DNA of 63,595 nucleotides, counting the filler, from Klebsormidium nitens (taxonomy: Eukaryota > Plantae > Klebsormidiophyceae), in assembly GCA_000708835.1 (NCBI GenBank). It is 3 parts of 3 records of this genome, joined end to end, with 100 filler letters (N's around TTAATTAATTAA, not from the genome) between each part and the next. Parts side by side here need not be neighbours in the genome. Positions count along the whole stretch, not along the records: positions 1 to 30,106 come from DF237751.1; 2 more parts are not named here. One strand, given 5' to 3'. Shown here piece after piece: positions 11,021 to 23,000 of this stretch. Both the position numbers and the translations under genes were made by a program. Each line of letters begins with the position of its first letter. Position 1 is the first letter of the stretch. The notes below the pieces were generated by a model that saw only the letters and a program-made list of their open reading frames with translations, had not been told where the DNA came from and searched no databases.

Positions 11021-14000
11021 ATGGGTGGGAGGAAAGTAGTCGCACGAATGTCAGTTGTTGCAGTATGTCTCGGCGTGCTGCTCTCGTGCTGCCTGGATGT
11101 GGTCTGTGCTCAGGCCAATGAGAATGCCACGCAGTTACCATCAGCACAATTGGCGCCCGATACCTCTGGGGGGGAGGTGGTGGGGGGCCATGTAGACGAC
11201 GATGGACAAGGTGAGGGTTGATAGCTTTCAATGTGCATCAGTTGACCAGGTTTCAGCAGTCTGTAGGGCGTTGAGCAGTCTGATTGCTGACAATGCTGTC
11301 TCAGGAGCAGAGCAGAGAAGAGGTGGGGGTCGTCAAAATACCACCATCTAAAAGATCTCGTTCCCTCTCTTTAGGTGAATCTGGAAAGTCGCCTCAGGGA
11401 GACAGTATTGTTAGCATCTTGGATGGGTTCTCAGTCAGCCAAGCCACTCTGTTATTTTTTTCGCCACTCACGATGTTTGGAAAGACTTTGCAGCTCTTTC
11501 AAGGTGTTGGTAAAGCTCCTTGAGAGGGCACTGGTTTCCGTTCTGTATTCAAAGAAACCCATATGATTGAACCAAGTTTTGACTCTTTCAGGGATGACAC
11601 TGCGCTTGTATCCCTCTTCTCTCTCAGACCCAGTTATCTTTCTCACTTGCGAACAATTCTTCAGCTCTCTCTCCACACTGATTGACTCTTTGGAGTTGCC
11701 TTCGACGGACCAGGGCGCCCAGCGTGACGTTCTGTCGCCCTCAATCTTTCAACAACCGTTTCTCCACCTGCTGCTGCAATCTTCAACCCAGATCTAGACC
11801 TTTTCTCTAACTCCGGTGTCCAGGTGAGGTGGCACTTGGGTCGGTGGACGATGCGGCCATGCTCCAGTGGGCAATCGCGCACGCAGACCCCGAACGTATG
11901 AGCGCTATGGCGGCGGAGGTGCGGGGTTGGACCAGGGAACAGCTGGAAGCCAAGCGCGCCGACCTGCACCAGCTGCTGGAGACGGTCCAGCCGCCGTCTG
12001 ACTTCCAAGTCATGGAGGTGATCCGCCCCGCTCGCCGCAACTTCACCATGGCTTCACAACTCACCGTTTGGACTTCTACTAAGCTGACCTTGGGCCAGTT
12101 GATGTTCAAGAAGGTGGTCTTGTTCTACTTGTGCCAGGTTCCGCAATTTGTCTGATCTGGCCGATAGGGTTGTGGGTCAACTGGAAAGGCCAGCACCAGG
12201 TTTCATCGAGCTGTACCTCTTCAGCTTTTGCAAAAATGGTTAGACCCTGTTCTGTCCTTGAGCGTGATTATCTTCCCAAAAGGGGTTATCTGCCCGAACT
12301 TGAATCTGACTGCTGTTCGCATTACCAAAACAGTGCCCTCTGTCTTCGAACCTACGCTTGCTGTTACTCCTGGCTCAACGAAGTTTACGGAACTCGATAA
12401 GATTCAAATCTTAGACCCTAAAACAAGTCTACTTAATCAAAGATTGCAATCTGGTTAACATTGCTCTACATTCGCCCACAAGCAAAGCATAGGACGTTTA
12501 CTAGTTGAGTTTCAAAAGATGAGCGATTAGACAGTTGAAAATCAGCGAAGTCATCCACCCCAACTTGATGTCCAGAGCATTTTGGCTGACAAGTGATCCC
12601 TGGCATGATATTTCGGGTCAGTGAGGACACCCTCTCCCATGGTCGATTTACATAACGACAAAGATATTGCCCGTTCACACATGCGCTTTTGCAGGTTTCG
12701 ACATTTTCAAATTACTCGGAAAAGGGTTTTTGTTCCCCTTGATTATCTGAGACCCGATTTTGAACAGCCTACAAAACACCGCAGGCGCTGCTGGAGGTGG
12801 CTAGCAACAGCAGCGAGACGGTAGCACGGCGCGCGGGCGCGCTGGAGGCGCTACAAGAAGTCGTGGAGGCGATCGACAACGCGGCCGACCTGCACAAGGC
12901 GGACGGCATCCGCACGCTGGCGAGCCTGCTCCGGGACGGTCACGCGGACGTGCGGCGCACAGCAGCCTGGGCCGTGGGGGCAGCTGCACAGAACAACGCG
13001 GAGGTACAACGCCAGGTGGGCAGAAGGCGCCCAGGGAATCAGGCGTGTTTTTTGAATGTGTGGCACTGGGAGTTGGGATTGAGGACACTTTGGGGCAGCC
13101 TAGGAAGGTTGGCGGTCAGGTGGGTCGTCTTTTTCTAGGCGTTGAAGCGGAACTCTGATCCGGCCGCTTTCCGGGGCCCTTCAATACGCATCCTGTTCTA
13201 AAGGTTAGCCAGCTGTCCCTACTTCGCCCTTCGTTTCACTTTTTCGAACGAGCCAGCCGAGTGCTTTATTGTCGAAAGGGTCCCCAATTCCGCATGAGCA
13301 ATTGCTCTGTGCTTCGTACATCGTGTCACCTTCGCTGCAGATGCGCGGCCACAAGTTCCGGAGCACTTCGGTCTGCCTACATCTGTCCTAATCCATGCAA
13401 GCAACCACGGCACAACGCATTGCCTTCAAAGTAGAACGGATCTCCCTCTCAGGGCTCTCACTATACATTCCCCTCGCGCATTCTTTACAGTTCCTGAATA
13501 CGACGTGCCTGCCGACCCTTTTGGCGATGGTCACCAGCTCGCACGCGGAAGAAGCGGCCAAGGCGCTGTATGCCGTGAGCGCGCTAGTGCGCGACAACCC
13601 CGAGGGCCTCCGCACGTTCTACCAGAAGGGCGGGCCAACTCTGCTGGAAACGATTGTCGCTGACGAGGAGGGGGATCCCCGGCTGCAGAAGAAGGCCGTG
13701 GGGCTGCTAGGAGACTTGGCGACGTTCCAGGGGGGTCGGCAAGCTCCGGGGTACGGCCCCCTGGCGACGCCGAAAGTGATGAGCGCCATGCTGCGGTTTA
13801 TGGCCACCGGGGATGTCGACATGCGGGAGAAGGTGATGCGCGCTGCGCACGCGATGCTGGCAAACAACCCGGGGGGATTGAAAGTGTTCGGAGAGAAGGC
13901 CGAGGAGCTCGAGAAGCTGCGCAGGATCGAGGAGCGGTTAGCGGAGATGAGTAAGGTGGGGGAGAGTGAAGAGAGCGGAGAAGGGGACCGGGAGTGGCAG

Positions 14001-14117
14001 GAATATGTAAACGAGATGACGGAGGTGATCAAGCAGGTGGGCGAAACCGTGAAAGACGAGGAGCCCCCGCCCATGCTGGGGGCAGCGAAAGGTGGTCGGA
14101 CTAAAGATGAGCTGTAA
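11021..14117 (+). CDS. SIL1: ER Hsp70 (BiP) nucleotide-exchange factor, SIL1/Fes1 armadillo family, 4 exons, ~413 aa
   Basis: Exons 11021-11210, 11824-12017, 12785-13015 and 13491-14117 join in frame. N-terminal signal peptide; MLQWAIAHAD; ALEALQEVVEAIDNAADLHK; AAWAVGAAAQNNAEVQ; KALYAVSALVRDN; C-terminal KDEL. Confidence 0.9.
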
Positions 14118-15145
14118 TTGTGTATGTTTGTGCCGCTTTTGTTTATTCTGGCGTGAGAGATTTGATTGGACCCTCTTTGTACCTTCGATCGTCCCCATTC
14201 GTCAATGCAATTGGACCAGTTTGGCATGGGTCTTCAAAAGTGGATCAGGTGGGGGATCGTCCAGGCTCAGTCCCGGGTCCGACTCATTGAAGCTTTCAGT
14301 GCCCGCTGGCGCAGTGTAGCTCGGGGTGTTCGGTTGCATGTTTAACGGCTTCAAGTGATTGTTGCCAACCCAGTCGACTGGGCGCGTGACTGGCTGGAAT
14401 TGTGATTCGATCAATCCCTCGATCATGCGATAATCTCGAAGCCTTCTATCAGTCTATACTTCACTGAGCGCAGCAGCCTGGCAACGTTGCGGGACGCGCA
14501 TGATGGTGTCATGATGGCCCGGTTCACTAGAACTCGATCATGCGGCTTAAGCTGTATACTATATATACCTTACAGCAATTTTCGTATCATGACATATGTT
14601 GCATGGGCGCGTGATATCATCATTGGCTTTCATCAGCTTCCAATTAATTTGTGTACATACCAGACGGTATCGTCGTACTGTGCCAATTAAGCACATCCGC
14701 GATCATCATTCAATGCAACTCATCAACGCACCAACCACCGCGGCGCCCACATTTGATTGTCGTCGCAATGCATGGATCAAACCGAGGCGCAACCATATAT
14801 CATCACAACTAGATTAAAGTTTGTGATAAGCTAGCCTTCATTGAAGCGCTACCGTCCTGCATGAGGCATGGGCGGTCAACTGAAGAGTTGATTCCTTGAT
14901 TCCATGATTCCATGATGGTTGTAATGTTGCACTTACTTTCTCGATGTAAACCCGGCCGGCCGCCGGCCCGGCGGATTTCTGTATGTCGACCAGGGTTTAC
15001 ATCGAGAAAGTAAGTACATCATTAGTGACAACACACAGATGATGGCTGCCCGCCGGTCTGACGGCCTGAATGATAGAGCTCAGTCGTAACAGTTGAAAGC
15101 TGGCACCATGCCATTGAGATATGATCAAGAACGGCCTGCACGGCA

Positions 15146-16283
15146 TCAGCTCTGCATATGTTCCAACACCAGCGTGATGTAGCATCGTGCACAAGTGTTC
15201 GACTGGATCGCAGCGATGACGGTATCAAACTTTTCTCCGCTGGTTGGAAAGACGATTGGCTGCTGAGTCCTGAACTGCCCCTCGCTAGGGAACGCAGTTG
15301 TTGCCAGCAAGCGGTCCCCAGATTGAATTCGAGTTTTATTGTGGACACTTTTGTTGAACCCATCGGCATGACCTCCTTCCGCTACTTCGTCGACCACCAC
15401 TCCGTCATTCGCATCTGCAAAGGTTTTGGAGAAAAAGTTCAATACAGTGCCCTGCGAATGATTAGTTGGGCCCACAAAGTCTAATAAATGACATTGGTGA
15501 TGGACTTTTGGATAGTCGTGTGTCTGACACTTTTCGATCCTAGACATACCTCGACCCTACAATTCAGCACCTAAATTTTATATGAAGAAAACGGGAGAGA
15601 CTGATGGAAGTTCAAAGCAGGATTGGACAGAACAAAGTCCCAGCTGATTACGACGATGGTGCCTTTGTTGGCCTTGAGGCCACTGAATCTCATTCATTGG
15701 CTGGACACTATCACCCAGCTTATTGACTCAGCTTGATGCTTATGCACAGACAGCAATGGGATCTCTGCAGAGACACACCTTTGAAGTAGATTCCCAGTGG
15801 CTTTTGGAGTGCCACTGTGTACACCTTCTTGGCCAATTCGGAGGGTAAGCTGGCCAGGAAAGCGTCCAAGGATGCTGGGTCAACCTGCACGGTTTCCCCT
15901 GGTGCTCCAGCATGGACCGACACATTACTACTTCTGAAGAACACTGGGCGAGCCCACATTTGGTTTCCGGCCCAATGAGAAACTTGATGTGGGGGCTGCC
16001 ATGATGCGAGGGGCTTTGGCCAACAATGAATCAACCCAACATGTTGCCCCCTTTTATGGCAACTCGTCAACCGGTTGAAAACACAGACTGGGGGACAATT
16101 GCCCATCGCTGAGCCAAGATTGCCAGCTAGCCGACGACTATTTCTGGCTGGCCACTTGTTTCTGTTGTGGCAAGAGAATTCTAAACGTGACAGATCGGCC
16201 GTACAGGTATCCACCATTGTGCTTGCTCGTGGCACCACATGGGCCACTGATGTGCATTGATTGCTGATGGCCTGAAACGACAT
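15146..16283 (-). CDS. Putative plastid PDZ-like domain protein, 2 exons, ~257 aa
   Basis: Exons 16283-15779 and 15414-15146 (phase 1). The product reads YTVALQKPLGIYFKDANDGVVVDEVAEGGHAD...IQSGDRLLAT...FDTVIAAIQSN...ITLVLE, a PDZ-type KPLG.F/GD.L pattern. The long Ser/Arg/Cys-rich N-terminus looks like a transit peptide; the start is uncertain. Confidence 0.7.
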
Positions 16284-17040
16284 TTTGTTAGCCCAGCTGG
16301 ATTCGGGAGAGCTAGGACGCTCAATGGAGACTGGTGGTGCAGCGCTTGCTTTTACAAACCGACAAAAAGCTGCTCACGTGAGAGCTCATGGAGAGCCCTA
16401 CCATTCCTCACGCCCATGGTTCCATGGTCAGCTCCCCTCCAGTAGTGCCCTCCTGACTCCTGTTTTGTTATGCGCCAATATGGCCCATTCCTTGCCTTTC
16501 AAGCTCACGAGATTCGAATGTCCCTGATTGTTTTTGCACTTTTTATCTGCTAGCTGCAAATTGTTTTGAACGTTATGCTTATGCGTACCGCTTATGGATG
16601 TTACTTCCGGGGGGTTGATTCCTCCGGGTAGCAGATTCAATACTCGATATTGTAAGCAGCTATGCCCATTGTATAGACTGGTAATTTGTCTACCGGCCGC
16701 TTCTTAGAAACACTTCAGCCTCCGAGCGGCCTCCGAATATGTCACGAATGAACCGTTTTCATTTGGGCCCCTTGCAAGCAAGAGATTGAATGTTCTACCC
16801 ATGGGGGCCAGAGTCAGAGATTCCATGCCGGAGAGAAACTGGCGCTGCTGCAACAGAATGGGAGCCGACAAGTGCACTTGAGCTTGCTTGCTCACTCATC
16901 AAGCGGTTCCTTGCTCCTCTGCCTCAGGTGCAGTGAGGGAGCTGCGCGTGTACTGGCAGCCGCGTGCCTATTGTGCACCACTTTGACTGAGGAAGCAGCA
17001 AGAGCGCTGATGGCGGCGCCACTTCCTGCCAGCTGCTAGC

Positions 17041-20000
17041 ATGGCGACCGGCACGGCATTGGCTGCCGCACCGTCATGTCTCAATGCAGGAGGCACGGCG
17101 GGCTGTGCCCTTGGGCGCCCTCGCTGGGAAGGGCGGAGTCAGGTTCACGTAGGGTGTTTTGATTCAGTGTTGCTCCTGGCGCCCGGGCTGCGGCCGCTTT
17201 CGCAAGCCTGCCGAGCGCCGCCGCTAGGAATACGAAGGAGTGAAGCGCCACGATGGCGGGCTACTGGACAGAGGATGCCATGCGCATCCACAAATTTTGA
17301 CGGACGGGAGAATGAGCAGGCAGAAGCGCGGGGTTTCGATGCATCTTGTCCTTCCAAGAACAGCCACCGGCATGGGGTGCCGCCACCGCAGGAAACCAGC
17401 ACGTCGGGGCGGGAGTTCGGAAGTGAGGGAGAGCGGCGCCACACGCGGCGCCACCCGTGGGCCCGGACGGCAGTGCGATGGGCGAGTGCCATTTTGTTGG
17501 GGACGGCGCTGGCGGTGGTAAACACGCAGCCGGCGATGGCGGCATGGGGGTTCGGGGGGAAGGGGGGGGTACGGGAGGCGCCGCGGCCAGGGACTGTGGG
17601 GCTGACGGACGACCAGCGGAGGAAGCAGGTTGGCTCATTGACAAATTGGAGTAACTTTGAAACCCTCCGTCTCGAAATTTGGTTGGGGAGATTGGGCGCA
17701 CTTTCTTTGAATTTGTCGAGCCAGGAGCGGAAAGCGAGAATACATGCAGCCAGCAGGCAGTGGGCAACTGCTTTGTGCTGCCGGGGCGCCTCTTGAATTC
17801 GGGGATTTGGCGATGCTACTGTGTTGCACAGAGCCCTTTGATTTGTGGTTGAAGGCGACTGGTGCAACGACGTAGCAAGACAAAAAGGGTGGCACCATTA
17901 CCAGGGATTGTATATTAGACGGTCTGCAATGCTACCAACGTGCGTGGTGATTACGTTGGGTGATCTTCGGTTTACGCTGCTTCAATTCTCGGCATTGGGC
18001 ACTTTCTCAGAGGGCAGCCTGGCGGGTTCTGCATGTTTCGAAGCCAGAAGGAAGTCCTTTTGTTGAATATCATATGTGACCCCTGTTGTTGAAGCTGCTC
18101 CAAGGGCCATTCTTGAAAAGGCTCATCTCACCTGTCCACACTAGCCTATAGACTTCTAACTAGTTTTCAGTCTTATGATTTCCCCGGGACATGAAACTTG
18201 AGAACTGGGTTCTTGCTGTGTTTAATGATCTCTAATGCAATTCAGTACTAGATTGATTCTCCAGGTTTCTCTTTTACAGCGTAACTGGCTCTCGCACCAT
18301 GGTTTCCAGACACACTCCTGAACCTTGTGTCCTTGGGGTACATGCATCAGACTAGCTCAGCAGCCTTGCAGACGTGCAATTGACCAGTGGGCAGTCAGTG
18401 AGTTGGAGCTACTCAAAGCAGTTTTGCATCATTTGAAGCCAGTCAGAGCAGTTCTGCGCAGTTCGAGCTAGTCAGGGCAGTTCTGCGCTGTCCTTGGGAA
18501 TACACAACCCAACATACCTTTAGGAATTGAATGTTTAAGATGCAAAGCAACTTCTTGTGCTTGCAGGACGAGGAGGCAGAGGCACGGCGCGCTGCGGAGG
18601 AAGAAGCGGCGCGACAGGCACGATCACAGCAGGAGAATGAGCGCACGCGCGCGCGGGCGGCAGAGCAGGCGCAGCAGGAACAGCAGCAGGCGCGGGAGGG
18701 AATCATCCGAAATGTTGAGGTGCGGGCAGGGGGGGTGTCACATTGGATGCTTGCTGATGTCAATCATGGGGAAAGATATGGTTCCAAAGGTGCCACGTAC
18801 AAGTTGTCTCTGAAGAGGTAGTTGCTGCTGGAGGTCCCCAAGTTGGAGGCCCGAAACAACTTTTGTGTGATGGTGACAGGTTGGAAGAGCACTGTAGTGA
18901 CACTGTGTAAGGACGCCCAACTACGTGAGGGGTTCACCAAAAGTGGGGGCCTCGCACTGCACCAAAATGTGGGAAGGCCACTATCTCAAGAATATAGAAA
19001 AGTTGATGGGCAATCAATAGCTTATTGATGTCAGAAGTCTAGCATCTTCTTTTTTTCTTTCTGATATTTAGTCCAACTGAGTAGACAATTCTGTACTGCC
19101 TCAGCACCTACATAAGACTTGCTCCAATGAGATGTATCTTAGAAAATGCATAGAATACGGTTCTTCACGAATCTGCCGGAACTAATCCCCCTGCTCATGA
19201 CCCTCCTTTCTGCACGCAGTTCTTCCGGGAGCGCAATGTGGACACGGACGAGTGGGAGCTGCCGCTGGCGGTGTACGAGGAGGCGGCGGACGCGGGCCTG
19301 GTGGACCGCTCCCTGCTGGGCTGGTCCAAGGACACGCTGCGCATCCGGCTGCGACAAGACCTGGGCCCCCTGGCCGAGCCGGAGTACTTGGTGGTCGTCC
19401 CGTACACACAAAAGAAGCGCATCCTCGACAAGTACACCGGGGTGAGGGCGGCGCGCGCAATTTGCGCGTGCTTCAGTAGCAGATGTTTAGGGTGCCCAGC
19501 TTTTGCATTGGACACCGCGCTGAGCAGGACGGAGGATGAAACACATCAAGGAACCGTTTATAAAGCATTGTCTGTCGATCTCGAGATGTGCTGTGCTAAG
19601 GAACGCGTGAAGTTACAAGTTCCAAGAGCAGCTTCATGGTACAGAGCTGCTGGTTTCGGTTGCCTCGATCGAGTGGCCAATTGTTGGTGCACCGCTCTTC
19701 CCCAAAGCTAGCCGCAGTATGAAAGCCCGTGCCTCACCTGGCATCCGGTTTGAGGCACAGACGACCCGAGATCGCCTTCCCTTCGTTCGTTTCGGGGCTG
19801 CCTAGCGATTTTGAGGCTCAGCCGCTCAGAAAAGGGAGTGTGCAACGACACCAGGAACGTGCGAATTGCTCGACATCACAGCCGAACCACATTACGGCAA
19901 GGCAGGACTCTGCTAAGCCAGCCGACCCGCGGCAGTGACATGATCGGTCACCTGTGCCAAGAACATGAGAGTCTGAACAAGCAGCATGCGATTCCGGCCC

Positions 20001-23000
20001 TTTTCGCCACTTGCACAAAGGTTTGCTTACGGTGCCAGCAGCGGTAACACAACCAGAGTTGACATCATCAGCTGTGACACACTCAGCGGGATCACAACTA
20101 GAGGTGGGCACGAACCTGTGGCTGCGCGTGTGTGCGTGCAGGACGTGGACGTCGCGGCGGGGGTGGGCCTGGGGGCGGATTCACCGCGCAACCTGTTTGA
20201 GGAGCTGCACTACGAGTCCGTCACGGGGCAAGGCCGCGGCCAGAACCTGGCGCGCAGGAAGATTGACCTCCTCCTCAAGCACTACGTGAGTGTCGCGCCC
20301 TGCTGCGGCCATGCTCGCGAGCGGCGGGATCCGTGCCCATTGCTTACGGGTTGCTGACTCATGGGACGGATGGACCCTTTGCGACACAGTTGGGAAGTCA
20401 TACGGCATCTTCGTGTTGGGTGCTATAGTTCGCTCTATGTAAACGTGGGGGTGTCACCGAGATACCAGCACAAAGGACAATCCACTGAAGAGGTCCAGAA
20501 GAGGCGTGAAAAGCGCAGAAGCTGTTTCTTCTCGGTGTAAGTAAACAACCTGCTTGGACGCCCGTTGCTCAAACGGGTCTCGTCCTTCACTGTCTCTGTG
20601 GACAGTCAAACAAAAACTCCATCATGTCCGTATGTGCGCGCAGGGCGAGTACGGCCCGTTTTGGTTCTTGTCCAAGGACCGCATCGACCCCGAGAGCCTG
20701 GGCTTCAAGGACGGCGAGGCGGCGTACCTGTGGATCGAGTACTGGGTGGCGGCCCTCCTGGCGGCCACGTGGGTGTGGGTCATGTTCGTGGACAAGGACC
20801 AGAAGACGGAGCGCTACTGGGACGTGCGCGCAGTCAAGGAGTTCCGGCGACAGTTCCAAGGGGTGAGCTGCTGTCGAACAAAGGCTGCTCGATGTCGTAT
20901 GCAATCGAGAGCGGGGACCGGAACCCGTGCGACTAAAATGCACCAACGTAGGCAGCCCTACTGCCCGTCACGTGCTCTGATAGAATGGGAATGCGTTTTA
21001 GGAACTGTGTGCTGCTGTCAATGACCGTGAAGCTTGACGGCACCTTCGATTCATCATGACTGTACTACAAAAGTACAGATGGTGGGATCCGCAAGCGGCA
21101 CATTGCTGCCTGATCGGAGTTCCAAGTGAGTGGGTTTTCGAACCGGCAGAGCTTGAGCGCGATCTGGCCGTCATGGTTCGAAGTTTGAAACGCATTCTTT
21201 GAGATCCGTTCCGGTTTGCGGCACGCAGGCGGACATGAACAGCGAGGTGACGCTGCGTGACGTGGCGGGGCTGGACCACGTGGTGGACGAGCTGCAGGAG
21301 GTTATTACCTTCCTGAAGCACCCCCAAAAGTTTGAGGCCATGGGCGCGCGACCGCCGCGGGTGAGCCGCCGCACCGCCCCTAGAGGCCACGTTGTTGACC
21401 TCATCCCGCCTGGCCTGCCGCTGTGATATTTTTGAGCTCCGTGTCCAAGGGTGTCCCGTTCGATTACAAGCCGTTGGTTCCGTCTGACGGCTTGACAGTT
21501 GTTCTGCATATGTTTGCGTTCTACAGCTGTGTTCAAGGTTCTTGCAGTTCCTGTTGTGCAAGCTGTACGGTTTGACATGGCGTTTTGTAGTTGAGACGTT
21601 AAAGGATACTTTTGTGAAGCCAGGAACCGCGGCTCAGAATCAGGCATAAGGTAAGAGGACCTGTGGTGTGGGATGCTGAGGCCTTGCTCGCTGTGCAGGG
21701 CATGCTGCTGTACGGCGCCCCTGGCACGGGGAAGACGCTGCTGGCGCGCGCGATCGCGGGCGAGGCCAAGGTGCCCATCATCCACGTGGTAGCCTCCAAG
21801 TTCGCCATGGGCGAGTCCATGGTCGGGGTCCAGGCGGCGCGCCTCCGCGGCATGTTCGCCTATGCCAAACAGCGGGTGAGGGACTCAGGCGGGTTCCGCT
21901 TGCGGAGGATTTTGTTATCGCCGCAGGATATCTACTATTTGCTGCAAGCAAAAGTTTATGTCTCGTATTTGCATTTGATTAGTGTGGCAACAAGGGTTTC
22001 GAAATATCAAAAAGCATAGGGCTGGTTTTTTGAACTCTTTGCATCTGGCTTTTGACCAGTGTGGGGACAGTGGTTTTGAAGTTTTTAAAATCAGAGATAA
22101 ACGGCCTTGTCAAGTTCGCAATGGCAGCTGCTTTTTCGTTGCGCAGGCGCCGATCGTGATCTTCCTGGACGAGATCGACGGGCTGTGCAAGAAGCGCGCG
22201 GGCGCGCGCACGGACGTGTTCCGCGAGCAGGAGCGCGCGGTGACGCTGAACCAGCTGCTGGTGGAGATGGACGGCTTCAACACGTACGCCAACAAGGGCA
22301 TCCTGCTCATCGGCGCCACCAACAACCCCTCTACGCTCGACCCCGCGCTCACGCGGCCCGGCCGCATGGACCGCATCATCGAAATGCCGCTGCCCGACAC
22401 AGAAGGCCGTGTCGAGATCATGACGCTTTACAACAAGGGCTGGCAGTTCCTCGGGCCTATCGACCTCTACGAGGCGAGTGCACCGCCACCCGCTCCCTTC
22501 TGACCGGTGCTCCTCTGGCTAGGCTTGCGGCAGCGAAGTTTTGTATTCCGAGGGTTTTTCCAACTCCTCCAGCCTGCAAAGCGAGAGAGAACCACTCGTG
22601 TTCGGTATGCTGCGTTTGTGTAACCCGTGGTTGGACCGGGTCATTTCTTGCTCACGCTGTATCTCATTTGTGCCGCAGATTGCGGAGCGCGGCAAGGGGC
22701 TGACGCCCGCTGACCTGGCGGAGATCTACGAGGACGCCATCTCGGACAAGATCGACCACGTGACCACGTCGTTCCGCCAGATCTACGACATCTACTTCCG
22801 CAAGCGCGGGCCCTACTACGTGAGCGTGCCACTGGCCCCCAGTGTTGGTCCTAAAGGGCGACTGTAGGTTTTTATATTATTTTTTGGCTTAGTAAAACAA
22901 CGGTCACAATAGGATTCAAGTCAGCTCGGTCAGCCAGTACATGACTTCGTTCGGGGGCATGCACACCGTCTCTCGGATCCTTGCACAAACTTAAGCGTCG

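Noticed and set aside
11284-11523. 79-aa ORF in SIL1 intron 1
   Set aside because: Not needed: exon 1 joins exon 2 in phase without it, and it has no motif.
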